Virus genome (UHGV): UHGV-2083606
Direction: 5' to 3' (one strand)
DNA: 50,236 nt
Origin: a virus
Shown: positions 9,197 to 18,044 of the stretch, one piece after another
How positions within the stretch are numbered: the stretch's first letter is position 1
Layout: each line of letters starts with the position of its first letter
The notes under the pieces: generated by a model
Seen by the model: only the letters and a program-made list of their open reading frames with translations
Databases searched by the model: none
Told to the model about the DNA's origin: nothing
Made by a program: the position numbers and the translations under genes

Positions 9197-9407
9197 CTTC
9201 TATATTGGCTTTATAATACGCTCTACTACGTGCTTTCTGTTTTTCACTATTGTTATAATAATATTTTGTTTGGCTAATTTTACTGCACTCTCTGCACTGG
9301 TCAGAAACACCGTCACTTCTTGTTCTATTTTTATTAAACATTTCTATAGGCAATTCCCTTTTACATTTAGAACATACCTTTGTTCCTTTTTCAAAATCTG
9401 CTTTCAT
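9168..9407 (-). CDS. hypothetical zinc-ribbon protein
   Basis: CSKCKRELPIEMF...DQCRECSK motif, as found in the N-terminal region of many phage nucleases and regulators. Confidence 0.45.
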   Translation of the reverse strand: MKADFEKGTKVCSKCKRELPIEMFNKNRTRSDGVSDQCRECSKISQTKYYYNNSEKQKARSRAYYKANIEVVRKKKKRV

Positions 9408-9416
9408 TTTGTTTTC

Positions 9417-9731
9417 CTATTCACCTTTTATAATTTGTTTTGCTAGTTTACCAATGAACTGTTTGTCCATTCCATTCAGCCGACTAAACAAATCAAATCC
9501 TGTTGTCCCATCAAAATCATAGAAAACATATCCATACTGTGTATTTATTCTAATTGTTTTCTGTGAATATTCTTTTTGTTCTCTCACTAACTGTTGCGCC
9601 ACTTCATCAAACTTTTTATCACTCCATTTAGGACTATCCTCTTCATAGTACAAATAACTATGTATTAAAACAACTCTTTGGAGGAAATCTATTTTTAATT
9701 TATCTGTCCAATATACTGGGAAAATATACAT
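9417..9731 (-). CDS. hypothetical protein
   Basis: ORF. Its start ATG directly abuts the TAA stop of gene 9732..9944. Confidence 0.45.
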   Translation of the reverse strand: MYIFPVYWTDKLKIDFLQRVVLIHSYLYYEEDSPKWSDKKFDEVAQQLVREQKEYSQKTIRINTQYGYVFYDFDGTTGFDLFSRLNGMDKQFIGKLAKQIIKGE

Positions 9732-9944
9732 TTATTCCACCTCTATCACATACATTTTTTTATCTAAATCAAACGATATACCTTTTATAAATTTTACTTT
9801 TATACCGTCCAATACACTTAACGACATATCAATAGCTTTTACTCTTTTGCCTGTTGAAAATTCAACTAACACTTGGTCATAATTTCCATACATAAAACCA
9901 GCTATAAATTGTGTTAATGTATCTATTTCAATTTCTTTACACAT
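9732..9944 (-). CDS. hypothetical protein
   Basis: ORF. Confidence 0.45.
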   Translation of the reverse strand: MCKEIEIDTLTQFIAGFMYGNYDQVLVEFSTGKRVKAIDMSLSVLDGIKVKFIKGISFDLDKKMYVIEVE

Positions 9945-9948
9945 TACT

Positions 9949-10161
9949 CTATACCCTCCTGTTCCACTCTTCTATTACTTGTTCAACAGAATTTGTAGCT
10001 ATTAATTCTTGTGACACTCCTTTTTGATAAATCTTATCTACTTTTGAAGAAGTTCTAACTCCACATGATAAACATATAACATGTACACCATTTTCTACAA
10101 ATAAAACTGCTTTACCTCCACAAAACGGACAAGGCTTTAATACTGAATTAATACTTTCCAT
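9949..10161 (-). CDS. Lar-family restriction alleviation protein-like
   Basis: Signature LKPCPFCGGKAV...VICLSCG and C-terminal EEWNRRV, as in Lar_restr_allev family proteins. Confidence 0.55.
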   Translation of the reverse strand: MESINSVLKPCPFCGGKAVLFVENGVHVICLSCGVRTSSKVDKIYQKGVSQELIATNSVEQVIEEWNRRV

Positions 10162-10252
10162 TTGTTATACCTCCTTTGTTATTATATTTTCTTCTAATCT
10201 GTTTTAATCTCCCTATTTGTTTTATATCACTGTTATCTTGTTTACAAATAAT

Positions 10253-10281
10253 ACTATAATACATTTGTTATTATATGTCAA
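10253..10281 (-). promoter_or_regulatory. putative sigma70-type promoter (TTGACA-17-TATAGT)
   Basis: Minus-strand hexamers about 90 nt upstream of the Lar-like gene. Confidence 0.4.
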
Positions 10282-10314
10282 TAACTATTTTAAAAATAAA
10301 CAATAACTATTTTA
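10279..10314. repeat. 14-bp direct repeat CAATAACTATTTTA x2 (period 22) within a 460-bp AT-rich non-coding region
   Basis: Exact duplication; flanked by ATATA tracts and CTTTATAAA repeats. Iteron-like. Confidence 0.4.
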
Positions 10315-10631
10315 ACTTTTATAAATATAAGCTGTATAGCTTTATAAAGAAAAATATATATAAATATATATACAAAAAGAAAAATTGTTCTTTAAAAATT
10401 TATTTGTTTTATTCCTCTTCGTTTGCAATCTTGTTTAAATGTTATATTATTCTTCTTTAAATATTCTCTTACGTTATAAACTGTTTCCTTTTAACCTTAA
10501 AATATTACATTCCATTATATGACCCTCCTATTTAACGATTTAAGACACTTTATGCCTTTAGCCTATACTTTTATTACTGAACTATATAAACAAGCTAGAA
10601 ACTTAAAATACAAGCTCTAAAGGTATAATAA

Positions 10632-10654
10632 AAGGTAGCTTTTTAGGCTACCTT
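10632..10654 (-). terminator. intrinsic terminator
   Basis: 8-bp stem (aaggtagc/gctacctt), 7-nt loop containing the AAA gene stop codon, followed on the minus strand by UUUUAUUAUA. Confidence 0.55.
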
Positions 10655-11785
10655 AAACTCTTCCCTAAATACTTTCATGTATTTGTTATTACAAAGTCTG
10701 TATTTATTAAATGTATTAATTGTATCAGCTCCCAACCCTTTAAATACTGCAATCTCTAACAATGTATTAATATCAATTCCAGCTTTCTCAAGTTTTGTTA
10801 CTGCCATAATACATCTATAACTAAATGTTGCTCTGATTCCATTTGTTCTAGCCTGTGTTCTGAGTTCTTCGATAAAATCAACAAGCTCTGTGTTTCCCTT
10901 TGCAAGGTTAAGTTCTATTCTTCTATCATAATCAAACTTAATTGTAACAAATCTATCAAGTGTTGCTTGGTCAAGAACAAGTCTTCCTGTGTACATTTCA
11001 TCAGCACCACTTCCAACAGTATTTCCAGCCGCTACAACTCTAAAGTTTTCATTTGCTTCTACCCTACCAGTTGGAAACTCAAAATACCTATTAGCAAGTG
11101 CCGCATTGAGTAATACTAATACTTCTGGAATACTTGCATCCATTTAATCAAGGAAGAATAAACCGCCTTTTGTAAACGCTTTATAAAACTCTGTTTCATG
11201 GTAAACACCACCAGCATCAATGAATCCTGTGATTTTATATTCTTGCTGTACACTGTTTGTGAAATAGAAATCCAAACCTAAATCCCATGCAATCTGTTCA
11301 AGTGTAAAGTTCTTTCCTGTTCCTGCATCCCCTACAAGGTAAACAGCTTCATTCTGTTCAATACAAGTTTTAATTAAATTATATTTCTCATGTCTGATTT
11401 CTTTTTCTTCTTCCACTAAAGAAATTTCTTTTACTGGTTCTTCCTTTTTAGGTTTTACTACTGGGTGAATAAGCTCCACAGAAGTTTTATTTGTTTTACT
11501 TTTTCTTCCTTGTGTTTTAAGTTCGTTTGTTGTTCTGTTTTCTGAACGGAAATTTTCCGGCTCTTTATACTGTGTACCATTTCCATTTTCATCAAACGTG
11601 TAATAATAGAAGATGCCTTGAATCTCAAAAACATAAATGCCATTCTTCTGCATTTCTCTAATTTCTTTTGTATGTTTTCTGAATGTTCTTTTCAGTGTTA
11701 CAACACCAAAATCTGTTTTTGTTCTGCACTCCACATGCATATCATCAATCTTTGTTACACTTTCAAATGTTCTTCCTATCATCAT
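10643..11785 (-). pseudogene. AAA_5 (MoxR/CbbQ/McrB-like) ATPase reading frame interrupted by an in-frame TAA exactly at the Walker B glutamate position; also has a non-canonical Walker A
   Basis: ORFs 11144..11785 and 10643..11143 are in the same frame, separated only by TAA. Read through, the junction gives GGLFFLD-TAA-MDASIPEVLVLLNAALANRYFEFP...FRVVAAGN, which is the hhhhDE Walker B, sensor-1 and downstream helix pattern of AAA_5. Walker A reads GDAGTGKN, with Asn where Ser/Thr is invariant. Confidence 0.6.
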
Positions 11786-11877
11786 TTATGTTCTCCTTAT
11801 TTGTTATCTGACTTATTTGTTTGTTCCTTACATCTATTATGATATACCAAACAAACAAATAAGTCAATAGTTTTGTT

Positions 11878-12675
11878 TTAATTTATTTTGTATTTTTCAA
11901 TGTTTGTTATCTCTTCTTCTATAACATTTCTTGGAACATAATATTCGCCTTTGTATAAATGTTTTACTTCTTCCCACCCTGTACATTGACCATAACCGCT
12001 ACCAAAATCTTTGCAATCATCTAATCTTTCAATCAATCCGAATACTATTCTTCTAAACATACTCGGATGTGCTAACGGAAATGCAAGCTGTTTTAAATTC
12101 ATACGCTGTGAGCTGTCTTTTACTTTCACTCTAATATCAATATAACCCTTTGACTTTCTGCTTCTTGTTACAACACTAACAAATACATTACAACGCATAC
12201 CTTGTTTTTCTAACTTATCTACAGCCTGTAAGAACTTTACGCTTTCACGCATCATTGTTTGTGTTGATGTTGCACCGCTATAACCAAAATCTTTTGTTAT
12301 GTTTACAACTTTCTGTTTTTGAACAACTTTTTTATTGTTTATCATGTTTGTTGGAATACCTTGTAAATATCTTGGAACACTACATTGAAATCCTGCAATA
12401 TCATAAAACGCTTTGCTTCTATATCCATTGTTATTCACATTAACTTTAGCATCCAGTTTACTTTTTAACTGTTTTGCTCCATCTTCCCAACCATGAAACA
12501 ATAACTCCCTTGCTTCTTCCATTGTATGTGTTCCTGTAAAACCATAATTATTACTATCAGAAGCATGGTATCTTTGATAGGGCAATGTTCTTTCTGTTAT
12601 ATCAATATAATTAACAACATCTGCTATTGAATTAAAACTAATATTTATATCATTGTTTGTTTCTGTTCTTTTCAT
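11878..12675 (-). CDS. hypothetical protein (265 aa) immediately upstream of the AAA_5 gene
   Basis: ORF with AAGGAG ribosome-binding site and its own promoter. No recognisable motif; no clear MIDAS/VWA motif. Confidence 0.55.
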   Translation of the reverse strand: MKRTETNNDINISFNSIADVVNYIDITERTLPYQRYHASDSNNYGFTGTHTMEEARELLFHGWEDGAKQLKSKLDAKVNVNNNGYRSKAFYDIAGFQCSVPRYLQGIPTNMINNKKVVQKQKVVNITKDFGYSGATSTQTMMRESVKFLQAVDKLEKQGMRCNVFVSVVTRSRKSKGYIDIRVKVKDSSQRMNLKQLAFPLAHPSMFRRIVFGLIERLDDCKDFGSGYGQCTGWEEVKHLYKGEYYVPRNVIEEEITNIEKYKIN

Positions 12676-12716
12676 CTTTGTTATCTCCTTGTTTGTCTTC
12701 TCTTGTTTACAATTAC

Positions 12717-12745
12717 TATATTACACTATTTGTTTTGTTTTGTCA
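12717..12745 (-). promoter_or_regulatory. putative sigma70-type promoter (TTGACA-17-TAATAT)
   Basis: Minus-strand hexamers directly downstream of the RuvC terminator. Coordinates approximate. Confidence 0.4.
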
Positions 12746-12766
12746 AATACTTTTTATAACAAAAAA

Positions 12767-12788
12767 AGGAACGCTTTTATACGTTCCC
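12767..12788 (-). terminator. intrinsic terminator
   Basis: GGAACG/CGTTCC stem with 8-nt loop, followed on the minus strand by a run of 7 U. Directly after the RuvC stop. Coordinates approximate. Confidence 0.55.
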
Positions 12789-13402
12789 TAAAATGTTTCT
12801 TCTTTTAGTTTTTGTTTTGTTTTAGGAACGAACCCATACATAGCAATACAATAACTATCTGCTAAATCATCATTTATTTTACACGGTACTTTCTCAGCTC
12901 CTATTTTAACGTTTATAACGCCTTTCTTTCCCCTACCCTTATATTCCTCGGCTATATACTTTAAAAGTCCTTTCTGCTTCAAATAAAGGATTGTAGGATA
13001 CTTGTTAGGATTTATTCCATATTTATTCTCTTTTGGTTTACTTGTTCCAACAACTGCGTTCTTCCAACTTTTGGTGTCTACACTGTACACTTTTATGTCG
13101 TATCCTAAAAATACATCCAATATTGTTACAATCAAACCGCCTGTTGTAATTAAATACTGTGAACTCATATGTCCACCGCTGAACGTTCTTATTCGCTCTA
13201 TAATGCATTTTATTTCTATAGACTTATACTTCCTTAATAGCTTATCTAAAATGGATTCTAGGTCACTTCTAAGGTCTTTACGCTTATCATAGTTATTTTT
13301 ACATCCATCAAAGTTTACACTATACATTTTAATTAGCTTTTTATCTTCTAGTACTGTGATTCCAGTTCGTGTATAACTTTCATCAATTCCTATTACAACC
13401 AT
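12788..13402 (-). CDS. RuvC-family Holliday junction resolvase
   Basis: N-terminal VIGIDESYTRTG (RuvC GIDPG..TG catalytic Asp/Glu motif) and C-terminal NDDLADSYCIA (RuvC DAADALAIA-like). Confidence 0.75.
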   Translation of the reverse strand: MVVIGIDESYTRTGITVLEDKKLIKMYSVNFDGCKNNYDKRKDLRSDLESILDKLLRKYKSIEIKCIIERIRTFSGGHMSSQYLITTGGLIVTILDVFLGYDIKVYSVDTKSWKNAVVGTSKPKENKYGINPNKYPTILYLKQKGLLKYIAEEYKGRGKKGVINVKIGAEKVPCKINDDLADSYCIAMYGFVPKTKQKLKEETF

Positions 13403-13856
13403 GCTCTCTTATATACCTTTCCTTTTTAGCTTTTGCAAGTTTCTTTCTGAACTCTATTTTATCCTCCCTTATGTTCATCTTTGTATCGTTACATTCGCAA
13501 AATTGAATTCTTTTTATATGCTCGGAAATCCATGTACTTTTTACAAGTTTGAATGTTTTGAGATTCTGATTATATAAAAGATATTCATTACCTACTTTTC
13601 CACAATATAGAATTGTATATACATGTTCTTCTGATTTTAATTTGAACAGTGTTCCAATTTCTATTCTGTTGCAGTCACTACATCCCATTGTTTTAAGTTC
13701 ACTGTCCTTTTGAATACTTCCAACAATATAGTCTCTTCTGCTAAACATACATCTATATCTGTATCGGTTTAATATACTTTCTTCTTTTTCCGCTTTATTT
13801 AAGTAGCAACATTCTGCACAACTTATTTTTCTCATGCTTTTAACCACTCCAAACAT
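13383..13856 (-). CDS. hypothetical Cys-rich protein
   Basis: CAECC, CSDCN, FCEC motifs. Confidence 0.5.
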   Translation of the reverse strand: MFGVVKSMRKISCAECCYLNKAEKEESILNRYRYRCMFSRRDYIVGSIQKDSELKTMGCSDCNRIEIGTLFKLKSEEHVYTILYCGKVGNEYLLYNQNLKTFKLVKSTWISEHIKRIQFCECNDTKMNIREDKIEFRKKLAKAKKERYIREHGCNRN

Positions 13857-14233
13857 TTTTCTTTGCTTGTAAATACTGGATAAATGTCTCGCTGTGTTTT
13901 TCTGATGCCAGTATCTATTGTGCTATTAATACATAAAAAGTTTTGTTTATAGCTTTCTATGTTTTCCTTTTTATCTGTTACACACTTAATAGGTTTTAAA
14001 TTATACAATGTTTCTTCTTTGCGTACTATACATTCTTTTACAATGCATTTTAAAACAACATTCTTTTTTGCCTTTTCCCTTTTACTTACAAATACAAGAA
14101 AACATTCTTGCTCCGGTAAAAGCCTTAAATATGTTTTGTGTACGTTCTGCATTCCTTTACACTCCTTTGTTTCGCACTCCATGCAATCTAGGTATGTTAC
14201 ACGGAGTGCATATGCTTTACAATATTTTGCCAT
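13832..14233 (-). CDS. hypothetical Cys-rich protein
   Basis: ORF; CMECETKEC motif. Confidence 0.5.
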   Translation of the reverse strand: MAKYCKAYALRVTYLDCMECETKECKGMQNVHKTYLRLLPEQECFLVFVSKREKAKKNVVLKCIVKECIVRKEETLYNLKPIKCVTDKKENIESYKQNFLCINSTIDTGIRKTQRDIYPVFTSKEKCLEWLKA

Positions 14234-15090
14234 TAATTAGACAGCCTTTCTTTTGCTTTTCCATAACACACATCTTTCATGTTACATTCTTCTGCCATCT
14301 TACAATTATACCCTGTGCATTTCTTGTGCCTTTGCACAAGTTTGTTTTGTTCCAGTAGCTTTGTTTTACTTTCCTGTATTATTTCCAATCTCCCAATATA
14401 TTGTGCAATTTCACTTGGATTATATTCATAATGGTATACTTTAAATTCCTGTGTATTTTTATCATCACACAAAACTATTCCATTGTGTATTCCAGTTAGA
14501 TACATATAAAGCTGGCATTGTTTTCTACCGCTTGCATGGTACTTTTGTTTTTTAAATGTGAATGTATTTACACTTTTAATTTCTACAATGTATGGTATCT
14601 TTTCCACACTATCATCATATACGCTTTCAAGCTTGTAATCTGCTGGTATTTCGCATATTATATCGGGGGTATATGATAAGTCAAATTCATCAGCAAAACG
14701 GCTATAATCGCAATCTAGTGGCTTACACAAGCCACCCCTAATAAATAACCTTTGCCACTTCTCATGTATTGCATCACCCTCACTGAATATTCTCCTTAAA
14801 CCTACTGGAACTTGTTCTCCCTGTAACTGTTTGTAAAATAATGATAATACTTGCTGTCGTATACAAAACTTATCATCTGATACAATTACTGCACTTGCAT
14901 GTAATCCTTTTCTTTCTGTTGTTTCTGCACCCCTTGTCATTACACTCTTAAGGAATTTAAGTTCTTTCGGAATGTCTTTATCTAAATAGAATAAACCATT
15001 TAACATCTGTTCTATTTCTTTTTCTTGCGTACTTTGTACCTTTGTAAATGTTTTGTCTGCATCCTTTTTAATATCGTCTATTATTCCCAT
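14233..15090 (-). CDS. Cas4/RecB-like PD-(D/E)XK exonuclease with Fe-S cluster cysteines
   Basis: DIICEIP...VEIKS...QLYMY (PD-(D/E)XK plus QxxxY) nuclease core. One N-terminal Cys and a C-terminal CxxxxC...C...C cluster, as in Cas4/AddB-type nucleases. Confidence 0.6.
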   Translation of the reverse strand: MGIIDDIKKDADKTFTKVQSTQEKEIEQMLNGLFYLDKDIPKELKFLKSVMTRGAETTERKGLHASAVIVSDDKFCIRQQVLSLFYKQLQGEQVPVGLRRIFSEGDAIHEKWQRLFIRGGLCKPLDCDYSRFADEFDLSYTPDIICEIPADYKLESVYDDSVEKIPYIVEIKSVNTFTFKKQKYHASGRKQCQLYMYLTGIHNGIVLCDDKNTQEFKVYHYEYNPSEIAQYIGRLEIIQESKTKLLEQNKLVQRHKKCTGYNCKMAEECNMKDVCYGKAKERLSN

Positions 15091-15259
15091 TTTCTTCTCC
15101 CTGTTCTGAAATAGATAATATGTTTGTTTGTTTCAAACCAGTAGTTGTACAGAATCTTGTTCTTGCTTTCTTTTCTGTCTCAGCATAACAGAAGAATTTA
15201 TGTTCTGCACTTCCACCGCTTGTATAAGTTCGCTTAAATACTATACAATAAAATATCAC
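15068..15259 (-). CDS. hypothetical small protein
   Basis: Short ORF between the nuclease and recA; weak support. Confidence 0.3.
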   Translation of the reverse strand: MIFYCIVFKRTYTSGGSAEHKFFCYAETEKKARTRFCTTTGLKQTNILSISEQGEENGNNRRY

Positions 15260-16176
15260 TCTAACATTTCCTTGTACTTTTTCTTATGTTCATCCATAAT
15301 TTCTTTTCTAACAGAATCGAGGTCTGCAAAATCAACAAAACCACGTTCATAGAATAATGGGATTTCACAGCTCTGCATTGGATTACAAACTTTACTTTTT
15401 ACAACTTTAACTTTCATAATCATTCCTATACGCTCTTTCGCTTCTGTGTTGAATGGATTGTGGTTAGGAATTTCAATATAGCCTTTTCTTGCTACTTGTA
15501 TTCTGAGTGATGCACTATGTTTTAATTTATGACCGCCCGGAGTTTGTATATTATCTCCAAAAGGTAATGCATTCATTTTATCTCTAATCTGATTAATAAA
15601 TATAACTGTTGTTCCTGTTTGTTCTATTACATCCTCAAGTGTTGGTAAATACTTATCCATCAACCTAGCTACACCACCGATACGCATTTCCTGTTCACTG
15701 TCTGTATTTACCGCTTTTCTGATTTTGTCGATATCATCCTTTGGTTGCATTGATGGTACACTGTCAATCATAACAAGCGGTATTCCCTCTTCCGCAAACC
15801 TTATCGCCCTGTTAAATGCTTTTTCTCCATATCTTGCTCTATATACAATCATTTGTTTTGGTCTGTTCCCGAATAGCTTTGCTCTCTCTCCATCAAATGT
15901 TCCCTCAATCGGAATATCCAAACACATATCATGCTGAGCGCATAGCTGATAACCTAATGTTGTTTTTCCAGCACTCTCTGCACCAAATATCTCTATGACT
16001 CTTCCTTTAGGAACTCCACCTCCAATAATGTTATCAAGGTCAACAAGTCCTGTACTCCATCTTGGAATTTTAAGTGCATCCGATTTACTTCCTAAACTGT
16101 AAACACTTCCTTTTTCCTTTTTGTCAATCTCTGACATAAGTTTTAATATTCCATCTTTATTCATTCCCTTTGACAT
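15256..16176 (-). CDS. recA: RecA-family recombinase
   Basis: Walker A context GRVIEIFGAESAGKTTL, MIDSVPSM, VIFINQIRDKMN...TPGGHKLKHSASLRIQVAR. Collinear with the bacterial RecA core. Confidence 0.85.
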   Translation of the reverse strand: MSKGMNKDGILKLMSEIDKKEKGSVYSLGSKSDALKIPRWSTGLVDLDNIIGGGVPKGRVIEIFGAESAGKTTLGYQLCAQHDMCLDIPIEGTFDGERAKLFGNRPKQMIVYRARYGEKAFNRAIRFAEEGIPLVMIDSVPSMQPKDDIDKIRKAVNTDSEQEMRIGGVARLMDKYLPTLEDVIEQTGTTVIFINQIRDKMNALPFGDNIQTPGGHKLKHSASLRIQVARKGYIEIPNHNPFNTEAKERIGMIMKVKVVKSKVCNPMQSCEIPLFYERGFVDFADLDSVRKEIMDEHKKKYKEMLE

Positions 16177-16513
16177 GCGTGTATTCCTCCATATATCTGT
16201 TACATAAATCTACGAGCTTATCAAATATTCCATAATCAAAATATGTTTCCATTGTTAACTTCAAAACCTCTGCTTCGTCGAGATACCATTTTGCTTTTTT
16301 TAAATCTTCATTACCATTTTTATATTTATATCTGCTCAAATACTTATATGCATTTACAATACAAAAATCAGTTACTCTCTGATTCCCAAAAATCAATCTC
16401 ATGTTATCAATACATTCAATGCTACAATTCCCATCATAATGTTTTGGATGGTTTACATTATCATGTTTCTTTCGTTCTTCATTCTCCATTGTTTCAATAA
16501 TTTCTTTCATCAC
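16157..16513 (-). CDS. hypothetical protein, DUF3310-like (HPKHYDG motif)
   Basis: NHPKHYDG..IECID motif common in small phage proteins of unknown function. Confidence 0.4.
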   Translation of the reverse strand: MMKEIIETMENEERKKHDNVNHPKHYDGNCSIECIDNMRLIFGNQRVTDFCIVNAYKYLSRYKYKNGNEDLKKAKWYLDEAEVLKLTMETYFDYGIFDKLVDLCNRYMEEYTHVKGNE

Positions 16514-16517
16514 TTTT

Positions 16518-18044
16518 CTACCTCGCCATTAATGTGCTATTATATTTTACTACCCTACTCATATATTTATGTTTGTTAAATTCAAGTGCACCCTGTTCTT
16601 TCAGAATATCAATCACCCTTGTTGTAACACTTCTTCCTTTGCATCTATCATAGAAATTATCGTAAGACTTGAATACACCCTTTCTGCGCTCTTCCTCAAT
16701 GGTTTCTGCGGCTTTTTCTCCAATGCCCTTAATAATACTCAACCCTTGCTGTATAACGTCCTCTCCATCCATTTTACGCAATGAGGTTTTAGCTGAGTAG
16801 TTTACATGCGGCAACATAACCACAGCACCATCTTTTACCGCAAACTGTGAATACTTAAATATATCTGCATCATTGTCTGCATACTTCATTTTCACATACC
16901 AAAACTGTGTTGGGTAATGTACTTTATAGTACATTTGGTCAATACTAATAAGCGCATACGCTGTGCTATGACCGGCGTTAAACCCATAGATTAGCATTGA
17001 CGCCCATATTGAATTAGTTTGTTCTTTTGTTAATCCCTCTTGCTTGCATCCTCTGTAAAAGTCTTTCTTCATTTGTTCGATAATTGGAACGTATTCTGGT
17101 TTTGTTAAATTCTCCGCTTTCTTCATAATCTTTAACATATCGAAACTCTGCTGTGGTGTTAAGTGTCCAACTTTCTGCGCTACTTCAACTGTTTGCTCTT
17201 GATATAACATTGTTCCATATGTTGCTTTTGTGTATTTGTAATATGGTGTTGTTGTATCCACCTCTCCTGACAACTTATTATGTGCATATGTTTCATGCAT
17301 GTGCAACTGTAATGGTGCTGGTCTGTTTAATGCGTTCACCGCTATGATATCATTAACACAATCACACTGAATCATATCAAGAATCTTTTTAGGTGCTGAC
17401 TTCTCCATCTGAAATATTCCGTCTGTTCTCCCCTCTCTAAATCCCTCTATAACCTCTTTGCTTTCTTCATCTTCTTCTGTTATTGTATGCCCTGTTTTCT
17501 CTCTAAGCTCACGCATTTCCGACATTGTTTTAAGTCCAAGCATGTCAAACTTTACACAATTAATATGCTCTAAATCATCTTTGTCAAAACAACTGCTTAA
17601 TGCTCCTGTCTTTCTATCTCTCATAATAATACAAGTATAATCACTTATATCTGTTCCAACCACAGCAACCCCAGCCGCATGTTTTCCAAGATACTTTATT
17701 TTACCGTAAAGTTTTGAGAAATGTTTTATAATGTTATCATACTTTCCGTTAAATTCTTCTGTTCTGTATCCATTCAATAAGTTACTCATGTTCAGTTCAT
17801 CATCTACTATAAATCCCTTAATATATGACTTAATTTCAGCAATAACCTTTTTGTTTTCATCTGCTTCAAACCAATCAACATCTTTTGTTGTTTTTAATTT
17901 GCAAACACTTGCCAAATCATTCACAAGATTATCAACTCCATACATCCCATAAGAACAAATCTGTATTGCTTTGTTTGGATATTTGTTTATAACATAATCA
18001 ATTACTTCCTGTCTCCTATCTCGTTCGAAATCTAAGTCAATATC
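16518..18044 (-). CDS. dnaE: DNA polymerase III alpha (DnaE-type) exon 2
   Basis: Frame open upstream of the annotated ATG back to 18044. Encodes DIDLDFERDRRQEVIDYV...GKHAAGVAVVG...FDMLGLKTMS, which are the DnaE palm and finger motifs. Confidence 0.8.
   Translation of the reverse strand, partial: DIDLDFERDRRQEVIDYVINKYPNKAIQICSYGMYGVDNLVNDLASVCKLKTTKDVDWFEADENKKVIAEIKSYIKGFIVDDELNMSNLLNGYRTEEFNGKYDNIIKHFSKLYGKIKYLGKHAAGVAVVGTDISDYTCIIMRDRKTGALSSCFDKDDLEHINCVKFDMLGLKTMSEMRELREKTGHTITEEDEESKEVIEGFREGRTDGIFQMEKSAPKKILDMIQCDCVNDIIAVNALNRPAPLQLHMHETYAHNKLSGEVDTTTPYYKYTKATYGTMLYQEQTVEVAQKVGHLTPQQSFDMLKIMKKAENLTKPEYVPIIEQMKKDFYRGCKQEGLTKEQTNSIWASMLIYGFNAGHSTAYALISIDQMYYKVHYPTQFWYVKMKYADNDADIFKYSQFAVKDGAVVMLPHVNYSAKTSLRKMDGEDVIQQGLSIIKGIGEKAAETIEEERRKGVFKSYDNFYDRCKGRSVTTRVIDILKEQGALEFNKHKYMSRVVKYNSTLMAR

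Noticed and set aside
9168-9407. HNH homing endonuclease call for the zinc-ribbon ORF plus the following ORF.
   Set aside because: No H-N-H catalytic motif is discernible in either ORF. Only the generic N-terminal CxxC...CxxC ribbon is present.
11144-11146. In-frame TAA considered as evidence of a reassigned genetic code.
   Set aside because: All other genes terminate normally at TAA, TAG or TGA and show no internal in-frame stops. The event is confined to one codon, so a genome-wide recoding is not supported.
11458-11643. 61-aa minus-strand ORF inside the AAA gene; similar alternative-frame ORFs at 5383..5634, 28067..28258 and 28568..28780.
   Set aside because: They are nested in other frames of well-supported genes, with no independent signals.
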